Below the pieces are notes generated by a model. It did not search any database. It was not told where the DNA came from and saw only the letters and a program-made list of their open reading frames with translations. Below, one piece after another: positions 26,205-37,919 of a DNA stretch of 64,000 nt. The stretch spans positions 4,464,001 through 4,528,000 of the forward strand of contig NC_089431.1 in NCBI RefSeq assembly GCF_026210795.1, given 5' to 3'. This stretch comes from Rhizophagus irregularis. Lineage: Eukaryota. How positions within the stretch are numbered: the first letter of the stretch is position 1; each line of letters starts with the position of its first letter. Made by a program: the position numbers and the translations under genes.

Positions 26205-27727
26205 TTAAGTAACTATAATCTGGAAAATTTCATATTCTTCTATGGCAAATTTATCACCAGTTTCTCTTATCTGTTTTTCATAGGATGATCTTTTACAATA
26301 ATTACCATAATCATGAAAAAAGTCTCCACAAATTACAAGGTCAGATATACCAAATGATGGCCCCAATGAAATACTATTATCTATGGCGTAATTTTCATTT
26401 TCCACCCGGCTTAAGATATGATTTTTAATATCAACCTTATTATTAAAAGAAAATATGAAACTATCTTTAGTTTTACTATAATCATAATCGCTAAAATCGT
26501 AGTCTCTAGATTCCCACATAATTGGATTGTACCCTCCAAGAATTTCATCACTGTTTTTTACTTTGATAATTGATACAGTATGAGATTTATCATCACAAAT
26601 TTCATGAAATTTTTCAGGCGTAAATCCATCACGAGATCCACGAAAAATTAATTTGAAATCATATGAATTTTTCAATTCATCTGTAATGTCTAATCTATCA
26701 ATCCATTTTGAGATCAATTCAGCATGTTGAATTGTAATGATTTTTGAGTCTATATTTTTTAGACTAATTTTTTTAGTTTCATTGATCGTCCGTTGTCCTG
26801 ACTTTTTACTTGGTTTATAATCATTGTCCAAAAAACAGCTAATCAAATTTTCATGTAGGTCTTCAGGAATAATCTTTTTATATGGGTACACCTTATTCAA
26901 GAATTCTTTAGAAGTAAATTCAGTAAAATTAATAAAAGGGATAAACTGTTGTAAAGTATTTTTTAAAACATTAAAATCATCGTTTGAATAATTTGAAGGG
27001 TCCGAAGAAAGTTCAGGATTCTGAGCAATACCCCATTTAAGCACATGTTCCCAAATTTGAACTTCACTCATTTGAACTTTATCTAGTTGGATAAGAGAGA
27101 TTAAAACTTTTTCTGAAATTGAAGTAAAATCAGGTGAATTAAAAATTTTATCCGGTTGTTTGGAAATTAATTCTGTGCAAAACTTTTGAAGGTCCAAGAA
27201 AGAGTCATTTTCAAAGCTTGTTTGATATATCGAGTTAAAATTTTGTTCTATCCATTTTGTTTTGTTTTTAATCAAGAATGATTGCAAATGGGGAATTAAT
27301 TCTTGAAGACTTAGTTCACTAGCAGCAACCAAAATTTTAACGACATACGAAGTATCATATTCTTCTAAAGTAAGTTCTCCCCCATAAATATACCTAAAAT
27401 AAAAAACCGTCGATAAAATTATAAATATAAATTATAAACAATAACTTGTCTACAACAATTAATTAAATACCTTAAGATTATTTGAAAAATTTCGGGTAAA
27501 ATACTTGGTAATTTAATATGCGTTAAAGTTCCATCATTTTTCCTTTTGTTAGTTGACAAAATTCTTCTCAAGTAAGGAGAACGATAATTTAAGATAACCA
27601 TATGGGCACGAAATACTTTTACGTAAGGATCGTTACCAACTTCAATTGTAACATCATAATATTCTTCGTCGTCTAAAATTTCGAGTAAATTTTGGGATAA
27701 TTTTGATAAAAGTAGTTCATTAGCCAT
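26205..27727 (-). CDS. BTB/POZ-BACK-TLDc protein, copy 4 (intron 27470-27394)
   Basis: Start MANELLLSKLSQN; conserved intron; full TLDc motifs. Confidence 0.92.
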
Positions 27728-29598
27728 TATATAAGTCAAAAAAACGCTAAAAAGAATAATTTTTCTTTTTATATTGTTGTAGATCATTTCAAATTAGGGA
27801 TGGCACTTGGTTCGGTTAAACGATATAACCGATTCGGATCTACAGAGTGACTCGAACCGGTTTTCTAAATGATATACTTAGGGTGCTATTTAAATGACAT
27901 TAATTTCTATTGATTAAAAATAATAATATAACTTAGTATTTTACTATTTTACTACTACTTTAACTATAACAAATTAAGATACGGTAGCGTATGAGCACTT
28001 TTTAAATAAAAACGTTGAGAGTAATTAGCTACTCGAATTAGATAATTCTGACGATTAAATTCGGTTTTACTGTATGTTAGTGCTGAACCATTTAAGACTT
28101 GTGTTTAAGAATGAAATTTACTTTGACTGCGCAGTATCCCAGTGCATAGTTACAATTTGAAAACTTAAAATAGTGTATTATTTTTTTGTGTAGAAATAAT
28201 GTCTTTTGAAGAAACATCTTTCCATAAAAAAAAATAATTTTTAAAAATTTGTGCATTCCAACAACCAATAATTTATTATATTCATTTTATACCTCAAGAG
28301 AAGTATATTTTATTGGAATGGGGATAAAATAGAATAGAGGTGGAAGTAGAAATAGATGTTAAATGATAAGTTTATATTAATGAAATGAAAAAAATCTGGA
28401 ATTTGATTAAATCATTTATTTATATTATAACTAAAAAAGATATTGATGTAAAAAAAAAAGCCTTTAATAATGAAATTTTGATATAATTAAAATTTTCAAA
28501 TTTTTTAAAAATTTTTAAAAGAGTAAAAACTCTCTCAAATTTTGCGATCTTAAATGACAACATAAAATAGAAAAATTGAAACGCTTTAAACTTACATTTT
28601 TTTTACAAACATTATTTCAATTATTAAATATTATTTAATTTATAAGTATTTATTTATTTCAATTTATTAATCAAGTAATTTAATAAATGAATATAATTAA
28701 TTATACATGTATAAACAAGTCAATATATTTTCAATTTTTTGTACATAAAAAAATGATTAATGAATTTTATACACGTTTCTTAATAATCGACCGTGATTTT
28801 TTATGGGTGATGTTTATTTAAAAGGATAAACTAAAAAGTCTATCAGTAGTTTAAAATTGTATACGGGACTGCTTCCCATCTAATAACACAAGACTAAGTC
28901 ATGAAATCTAGTTTGTTTGGAACCATCAAAAAAAGGTCTTAAGTGGTTAACCAAAGGGTATTAACCGGTTAAAATTAATAGCTTAGGAATTTTTGTCCTA
29001 ATAAATGTATAATAATTAATAAATTTAATAATATAAATTTAACACACAGTAAGATCAATTTTTATCACAAATGAATTTAAAAATAGATATTCTACACTTT
29101 GAACAATTATCTCACATGAACAATCTACGACTTCCATATCTGTTATTATAAAATAAACTCTTAGTACACATATTAAGAGATCAATTTATTTTATCATGAA
29201 AGAAAACACAAAATATTAGCGTAACGGTAAGGATTCACGAAAAAGTATTTCAAAATTTGCTGTTTTAAATATTTTATACAGATCATTCAAATTTTTTGAT
29301 TCGATATAATTGTGAAAAATAAAATACGTTTAATAACCCAATAGATGATAGATGAGAAGCAAAATTTATACCTACAATAATACTAGTACATAAGTACAGT
29401 ATTTAACATGACTATTTTAATAGACTAATTTTTATACAAGATAAAATCAAATTAACGATGATTAAAATTTCATTATCATTGCTAAGTGCATAAAATACAA
29501 ATTTTTTCTTTATTAATAAAAAAATATGAAGAATTTCTATCGTTGATGAAAAATAACCCAAAATATTTTGACCTAATACTTTAATAGGTTAAAAAACA

Positions 29599-31185
29599 TT
29601 AAAATTTGATCTGAAATATTTCATATTCTTCTACAAAATATTTATCTACTGTATATCTGATCTTTTTATCATAAGAATTTTTTTTGCAATAACCAGTTCT
29701 ATTATTAAAGGTTTTAAGGTCTTCCCGACCAAATGATGGTCCAAATGAATAAAAATTATTTAACGCGTGTTTTTCATCCTCCACACGACTTAATATATGA
29801 TTTTTAATATTAAAAGAAAATATAAAACTATCTTTAGTTTTACTATATTCATTATTGGGAAGTAAAGATTGAAGATCATATTTAGATTGCCATGTAATCG
29901 GATTGTATCCTCCTAGAATTTCGTCACTATTCTCTACTTTAATTATTGTTATAGTGTGAGATTTATTATCACAAATTTCATGAAATTTTTCAGCCGTAAA
30001 TCCATCACGAGATCCTCGAAGAATTAATTCGAATTCATATAAATTTTTCAACTCATCTGTATTTTCTAATCTATCAATCCATTTTGAGATTAATTCAACA
30101 TGCTGATGCGTAATAATTTTTGAATCAATAATCTTAGCAGAACTGATTTCTCTGATTTCTTTAGTTTCTTTGATTTCCTTTGTTTCTTTAATCTCTTCCG
30201 TTTCACTGGTTTCTTTAATTTCTTTAGTTGATGGCCTATAATCATGATCAAGAAAAATTTTCAACAAATCATTATATAATTTGTCTGGCAAAATTTTTCG
30301 ATAAGGAAATATATTGTCCAAAAATTCTTTTGATGACAAATTATAAAATTTAATAAAAGGCATGCAATTTTGCAAGGTATTCTTTAGTTTGTTATAATCA
30401 TCATTTGAATAGTCTGAAAGATCTGAAGAAAGTTCAGGATTCTGAGCAATACCCCATTTAAGAACATGTTCCCAAACCTGAACTTCACTAATTTGAAGAT
30501 TATCATGTTGAATAAGAGAGATTAATGAATTTTCTGAAATTGAAATAAAATCAGATGAATTAAAAATTTTCTCCGGTCGTTGAGACATTAAATTAATACA
30601 AAAATTTTGAAGTTCTAAGAAAGAATCGCTTTCAAAGCTCGTTCGATATATCATGTTAAAATTTTGTTCAATCCAGTTCCTTTTTCTTTTAATCAAAAAT
30701 GATTGTATATCTGGAATTACTTCTTGAAGACCTAGTTCATTTGCCGTAACTAAAAGTTTAACGATATCGAAAGCATCATATTCTTTCAATAAAAGTATTC
30801 CTCCGTAGATATACCTAAAATGAAAATAATTAAAATAAAAATAAAATAATGTATTTGTTTTATTAATTAAAATTAAAAAATTTCTTAGTTACCTTAAAAT
30901 TATTTGAAAAATTTCGGGTAAAATGTTTGGTAATTTTATATGTGTCAAATTTCCATCACTTTTCTTTTTATTAGTTGATAAAATTTTTTTCAAATGAGGA
31001 GAACGATAACTTAAAATAACTATATGAGCACGAAATACTTTTGTGTGAGGGTCATCACCGACTTCTATTGTAACATCATGATATTCGTCGTCATCCAATA
31101 CTTCAAGTAAATTTTGAGATAATTTTTGTAAATGTTGTGGATATAAATTGCGATTATTACGAATACGATTACGATTACGAACCAT
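29599..31185 (-). CDS. BTB/POZ-BACK-TLDc protein, copy 5
   Basis: Two ORFs joined by the conserved phase-2 intron; KE(T/I) repeat linker. Confidence 0.92.
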
Positions 31186-31462
31186 TATAATTTAAAGAAA
31201 AAAATGGAGTTAAAATTTTTGTAGATCATATTTCATCGTATATTCATTTATACACAAAAACAGTCATGTGGTCACACAAAATCCTTAACAATTTAGCCAC
31301 GACAATTTTGGGAAACTTTGTGAAAAAAAAAAAAAAAAAAAAATATCAAAAATATTAATTTATGGCATATTGATAAACTTTGTTACCAAAAAATGAAAAT
31401 AAACTTATACATTTTTATTATTTAATAATAATTTTGTATCTCTTAACAATTATTTTGATCGA

Positions 31463-33067
31463 TTATCCTGACATAATCTGAAAAACTTCATAGTCTTCTA
31501 CAGCAAAATTATCTTCAGTTTCCCTAATCGGTTTTTCATAAGATAATTGTGTACAAGAATTTGTACAATTATTAAAAGATCGTCTAGAGCCCCCACGTAT
31601 TTTAAGATCCTTACGACCAAATGATGGTCCACATATAAGATAATTATCTATAGCGTACTTTTCATCCTCCACTCGACTTAATATGTGATTTTTAATATCT
31701 CTCTTATTTTTAAAAGAAAATATGAAACTATCCTTAGTTTTACTATATTCAGCAAAGTTTACTGTGCTTGCTTTAGATTCCCAAATAATCGGGTTGTACC
31801 CTCCGAGAATTTCATCACTATCTTTTACTTTAATAATTGCTACAGTATGAGATTTGTTATTACAAATTTCATGAAATTTTTCAGGCATAAACCCATCACG
31901 AGATCCACGAAAGATTAATTTGAATTTATATAAATTTTCTAATTTGTCTTCGTACTCTAATCCATCAACCCATTTTGAGATTAATTCAACATGTTGATGC
32001 ATAATAATTTTTGAATTAATACTCTTATTAGAATTAATTCCTTCAATTTTTTCGATTCCTTCGGTTTCTTTTATTTCCTTTGATTCTTTAATTACTTTTT
32101 TTTCCTTGGCTTCTTTGACCGATGGTCTATAATCATGATCAAGAAAAATTTTCAATAGATCCATATATAATTCTTCTGGAAAAAGTTTTTGATAAGGAAG
32201 AATATTATCCAAAAATTCTCTTGAGGTTAAATTATAAAATTTAATAAAAGGAATACAATGTATCAAGGTATCCTTTAGAATGCTATAATCATCATTTGAG
32301 TAAGTCGTAAGATCTGAAGGAAGTTCAGAATTTTGAGCAATACCCCATTTAAGAACATGTTGCCAAACCTGAACATCACTCATTTGAAGATTTTCATTTT
32401 GAATAATAGAGATCAAAGCTTTTTCTGAAATTGAAGTAAAATCGGATGAATTAAAAATTTTTTCAGGTTGTTTAGACATTAACTCCGTACAAAAATTTTG
32501 AAGTTCTGAGAAAGAATCATTTTCAAAACTCGTTCGATATATCAAATTAAAATTTTTTTCAATCCAATTCATTTCGTGCATAATCAAAAATAATTGTGTA
32601 TTCGGAATTAATTCTTCAAGATTTAACTCATTTGCGGCAACTAAAATTTTAACGATATCGGAAGCATCATATTCTTTCAAAGAAATTATTCCTCCATAAA
32701 TATATCTTAAAATGAAATCAACGATTATAAAATTAATATAATAAAATAATAATAATAATAATAATGTATTTATTTTTTTTTAATTAAGAAAATTTTCTTA
32801 CCTTAAAATTATTTGAAAAATTTCAGGTGAAATGTTTGGTAATTTTATATGCGGCAAATTTTCATCACTTTTCTTTTCATCATTAGTTGACAAAATTTTT
32901 CGAAAATAAGGAGAACGATAATTTAAAATAATTGAATGAGCATGAAACGTTTTTACGTAAGGATCATCACCGACTTCAATTGTAACATCATGATGTCCAT
33001 CATCATTCAATATTTCAAGTAAATTTTGAGATAATTTTTGTAAATATACATTATCGGTAGCATCCAT
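31463..33067 (-). CDS. BTB/POZ-BACK-TLDc protein, copy 6 (intron 32801-32706)
   Basis: Same architecture and motifs. Confidence 0.92.
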
Positions 33068-33224
33068 AATTGAAATAGAAAAGTAAAAATCAATTGTTGT
33101 AGATCGTATTCATCGTATATTTCATTTATATGCACAAAACTAGTCATATGGTCACACGAAATTCTTTTAATTTTTAGCCATGATTATTTTGGGTAAAGTT
33201 TGTGATCGCCATATACTAATTATT

Positions 33225-34366
33225 ATGATCGATTGTCTTGTCCTGAAAACCATAGCAACATTATCTCAGTTCTCTGATCTGTTTTTCATAAGATAATCTT
33301 TTACATTTACTAGTACAATTATTAAAAGAGTGTTTAGAGCGTCGTATTCAAATATAAGACAATTATCTATAGCGTACTTTCATCCTCAACTTTAGGGTTA
33401 TGGTTAGGGTTAGGGTTATGCTATGGAATTTCTAATATAAATTGTAAGTATTTTAATTATATAAGCATTAAATATAGTAATATTATGAAGTTATATGTTA
33501 AATATAGAAAACGGATTTTACAATAAAAATTGCTTTATAATGATCTATTTTTTTTTTTTGTGTTTTTTTTAGTATATGACTATTAATATCTTTCATTCTT
33601 TCTCATTTGATAAAAGAAAACATGAAACTATCTTTAGTTATATCATATATATCATCGGGTTTGTTGCAAATTCTTATTTCCCACATAATTGGATTGTACC
33701 CTCCCAAAATTTCATTACAATATAGTATGAGATTTATTATCACAAATTTCATGAAAATTTTTAGACGTAGATCCACCTTGTACCTGGGATGACGAAAGTA
33801 CCCGAAATAGTGAAGGATAGCTTGACATTTTAATTATATGTCATATATACATATATATATATTTTACGAGCTATGGGTCTGTAATTACTACGAACTGTGA
33901 GTCAGCGATGTTTCAAGGATCAAATGCAATTATGAAAAAAATTTATCAATAAAAATGAGGATGCCGATCAACAGGATCATGGGATCCTTCAAATTATTCA
34001 AATGATATAAAATTTTAAGGAATACCTTTGCAAAAATTTATTCCTTTTACTAAATTTCATAATTTGATCTCAAAAGAATTTTGGATTATCAAAAATTTTT
34101 ACCAGAAGAATTATTTATTGATCTATTGAAAATTTTCCTTGATCATAAACCAACCAATTAAAGAAATCAAAAGAATCAGAGAAACAAAAGAAACAAAAGA
34201 GATTAAAGAAACAAAGAAACTGTAGAATCAGAGAAATCCGAGAAAATAGTTCTATAAAGAATATTAAATCATTACGTATCAACATGTTCAAAATGGATTG
34301 ATATATTAGAGAATACGGACAAATTGAACAATTTATATGAATTCAAATTAATTCTCCGAGGTGGAT
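33225..34366. pseudogene. Fragmented, partly inverted BACK-TLDc pseudogene
   Basis: Minus-strand TLDc pieces at ~33225-33390 and ~33580-33778; plus-strand BACK-linker piece ~33983-34366 (DPSNYSND...KETKE...NLYEFKLILRG). Confidence 0.8.
33392..33420 (+). repeat. Short interstitial telomere-like (TTAGGG)n tract
   Basis: TTAGGG TTATGG TTAGGG TTAGGG TTATG begins where TLDc similarity stops. Confidence 0.7.
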
Positions 34367-34449
34367 TTGAGAAAAATTCACCACTTGTTAGGTATCCAAA
34401 AAGTCTTTTATTTGTATTATACTTACTTTTTTTATTTCACTTTTGCAGA

Positions 34450-34681
34450 CCCTATAAAAAATATTGTCCAAACACCGTTCGGTTTTTTGTTCGGAAAATA
34501 GACCCCGTTCCGAACATTTACTTGACATTTATTGGACATTCATCATGGTATTGTACGTTTTTTATGTGGTTAAAAATTCTCAATCTTCGCATCTTGTATT
34601 AAATATTGTAAAATAGCGTGCGAGTGTCCGGAAAAATTGACCCCATCCCGAATATTTATCGGATAAACATTTTTTATAGGG
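34450..34681. mobile_element. MITE with CCCTATAAAAAAT TIRs and 3-bp TSD (AGA), possibly CMC/EnSpm-like
   Basis: 13-bp perfect TIR, AGA on both flanks, internal direct repeat CGGAAAA..GACCCC..CCGAA. Confidence 0.75.
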
Positions 34682-35694
34682 AGAAGATATGGCTGTTTTA
34701 TTTTAGGTAACGTAGTCAGCTTGTCAACTGATGATTTTAAAGGCCACAAGAAAACGATTCTTTAACAACTTTTTAGTGATCAGCAATAGACTTATTTTCT
34801 ACTGGTAATGATAGTACTGAATATTCTAATTGCTTTAATTGTTCCAGGGTTGAAATATTCATACGCATCATTGGTTCGCTGCAAGAACAACACTATATCG
34901 AAAAACATCATATTCTGGAGTTAATTTCTATTCCACATGTACAATATAAAAGATATTGAAGACTGCTGCAATAGACAAACGACCGAATTCAATAATATTC
35001 AATGGAACCTTCGCTATCGCTTTTATCAATAAATTTAAAAGATTATTATTTTTCATTAATGACAATTTTCCCGCAAATTTAGATAATAATCGTGTGTTAT
35101 GTAACAAGCTATTGCAATGGCATATTTTATATAACTTACAACTAGAATAACTTACACTATCGGTAACTTACATATAGAATAACTTACAGAATATACGCGT
35201 TGAAGATACTGTAGGTATGAATAGACTCGCTGTTGAAAGATGGATTTTATGGTTTAGTTTATAGTTAATATTAGCTAAGTGAGGCGGCAATATTGTTAAT
35301 TCTGTTATTAGCACTTATTATTTGCATTTACTGTTATCGTTATATATTATTTGTTATATTTAAATAAAGTCGACATACCTTAAATTTCCGAGTCTATCAT
35401 AAACTATTCGATAAACTATTTCTGCTACTGTCACGTCATCTGACGCAGACCTGAAAGTAATAATTGCTATATACCGACTCTGGTGAAGGATGTATTTGAA
35501 AAGTAGCCCAAAAAATAGATTATCTATAATTAATAGTGAAGAGAATAATCTTTATAATGTAACCGGAGAACAACATGACTTGCCGTTAATCCAGATGCTT
35601 GGAAAAGTTTTATTTTTCTTGTTTATCGCACCAGTTATCTATTTATTTCTGATATCTACTACAGTACATCATCCAACAGGAAATTTTTTAAGCG

Positions 35695-35814
35695 TAACCA
35701 TGCGACGAGGTGTGTTTACGTAAATTTGTGTAAATATGCGTAACTTGTAAGCTTGTGTAAATTTCTTATGAAAATTTACGTGAACTTGTGTAAACTTACC
35801 CCATCGCAGGACTA
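35695..35814. mobile_element. Small degraded TIR element with internal TTGTGTAAA repeats
   Basis: TAACCATGCGACGAGGTGTGTTTAC versus reverse complement TAGTCCTGCGATGGGGTAAGTTTAC; no clear TSD. Confidence 0.45.
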
Positions 35815-36624
35815 CGAATTCTTTACATCTAAGATAATTTCCGTGTCATTTCTTTATTTTCTCTGCTCAGACTCTTTTTTGCGTTGGAACAGCTTTGTCA
35901 TTTAGAGTACTTGTCGTCTTGCCGCATCGTCATGAATGTGCACAAGTATTCATACATGTATCAAGTTTTCCGTATATTAGTTCAAGGAATCTTGATACGG
36001 CATAAAAAATTATAAGTTAAATGGATACATTTCGTATATTTCGTATTTTTTAATGCCGTGCGTACTGGTTTTCTAGTTAAACGTTTTTTATTTTAGCATT
36101 CAGTCATGTCATAATAAGCATAAAATTTAGGAAAGATGAGTGAAAACATTGACTTTAGTGAAATTATAATAATTTATTAACATGGTTTATAAATTATAAA
36201 ATATATATAAATAAGCTATTTTTTTTAAAACGTTCTATATTGAAAAAAAGTAGAATTTAGAACTTTATATTTAAAAAAAAATCCTAAACAGACATGGATT
36301 ATCAAATTCCAAACATGTTATAATGTATTTCAAAAATAAAAAATGTTATAATAGTGAACTCATTAATATTAATATATATGAAACGATTTTAATAATAAAT
36401 ATGGGAGATCTGTTTTTTATCGACGCAACACAAAATTTATGTGAAACGAATCAAATTGATTTATTCGCATATGCAATATAAATGATACAAACAGTGAGGT
36501 ATATGAATTTTTAAAATTTATCTCCGCAGCAGATTATAGAATTTATTACAGAGGACCGAAGTTATTTTCTAGGAAACTAATTTTATATTATAAAATTTTT
36601 AAATTAATAAATTAACTTCCTTTC

Positions 36625-36742
36625 AGTTACGGCCATACACAGTGAAAAGCACCGGAACCCGTCCGATCTCCGAAGTTAAGCCACTGATGGCCCAGTCAGT
36701 ACTACGGTTGGGGACAACGTGGGAATACTGGGTGCTGTAACT
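36625..36742 (+). rRNA. 5S: 5S rRNA gene, single copy in the window
   Basis: AGTTACGGCCATAC...CCCGTCCGATCTCCGAAGTTAAGC...AGTACTACGGTTGGGGACAACGTGGGAATACTGGGTGCTGTAACT, 118 nt, terminal helix pairs, followed by a T-run Pol III terminator. Confidence 0.96.
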
Positions 36743-37110
36743 TTTTTTTTTGCGTTGAGAATTCTAATTTATAATAGAAAACTTAAACTTTCAAATTTCA
36801 GGAACAAGAGGTAGCCTTCTAAATTGAATGTATAAACCGTAATTGCGACGTTCGAAATTTTTAATAATAATCTGTCAATCAAAATGCAATAATTCAAATA
36901 ATTATGTGACAAAGTATACGACATTTATTTTAATTGTAAAAATAAAGTTCCTTCACCAGTTTCATTAAATTATAATTTGAGAGAAAAATTTAAATTGATT
37001 ACGTAATTTTAAAAACAATTCTTGAGTTCGCATCGATTTAATAAGATTTATAAAAATTTTGAAATATTAATAATGCGGACGCATTAAAAAAATCATAAAT
37101 TTTTAATTTA

Positions 37111-37141
<31 letters not shown>

Positions 37142-37361
37142 TTCAAAATATTACTTACGTCTTGCGCCTCACAATAATAAATCTACGAGTAATAATAAAT
37201 CCTTGATTGTTAATACTATTTACATATTTTTATATTTTTATATATTAGTAATTTTTCATTATAATTTATATATACAACTCTAAAAGATAAAATAAAAATA
37301 AAAAAAAATAAAAAATAAAAAACCAAGATGAGAATAATTACTAATTTGAAAATAAGAAAAA

Positions 37362-37447
37362 TCCTTTACTTCCCAACTCGCTAGTAATTTTATAACGTGC
37401 AGCGTCACCTAAAAGTAGTGCAATACTAGGAACACTCGCGAAGGAGT
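37362..37447 (-). ncRNA. Inverted fragment of the U2 snRNA 3' end (stem-loop IV) plus 3' flank
   Basis: Reverse complement ACTCCTTCGCGAGTGTTCCTAGTATTGCACTACTTTTAGGTGACGCTGCAC...AAAATTACTAGCGAGTTGGGAAGT aligns to 37870-37955. Confidence 0.8.
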
Positions 37448-37772
37448 TCTAAAAAACGGATTCAAACGTAAAGATCATTTTGCCATTGCCACAAAGTCAA
37501 ACCATAGGCGCAGTAAATTTTGCGTTCAAACCTTGCAGATCTCTGACTACTTTGCGTAAATCGACAAATAAAATATGATGACTAATATTTTATCATTTTT
37601 TTAGTAGCAAAAATATGACTAACGACTAACGTCGAATGGCTGGAAATTTTCTGCGTCTGCTGCGGAAAAAGAATTTACTACATTATTACGTAATCATTTG
37701 AAATCCCATAATTCTCATTTTCTTGAATTTTGATATAAAATAACATCGTAATGCGCCAAGGTTTTGTTACTT

Positions 37773-37919
37773 ATCCTCTCTTGCCTATTGGCTAAGATCA
37801 AGTGTAGTATCTGTTATTTTCAGTATAATATCTGAAACTTTACACACAGGAGTTCCTTGGCTTGCCAATACTCCCTCATGAGTGTCCCTATTATTGCACT
37901 ACCTCTAGGCGACGCTCAC
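37773..37919 (+). ncRNA. U2: U2 snRNA variant or pseudogene lacking stem IIb and the Sm site
   Basis: GCCTATTGGCTAAGATCAAGTGTAGTATCTGTT (stem I, branch-site GTAGTA), stem IIa TTCAG..CTGAA, stem III GGAGT..ACTCC, loop IV TATTGCACTAC. About 147 nt with no AT4-6G Sm motif. Confidence 0.88.
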
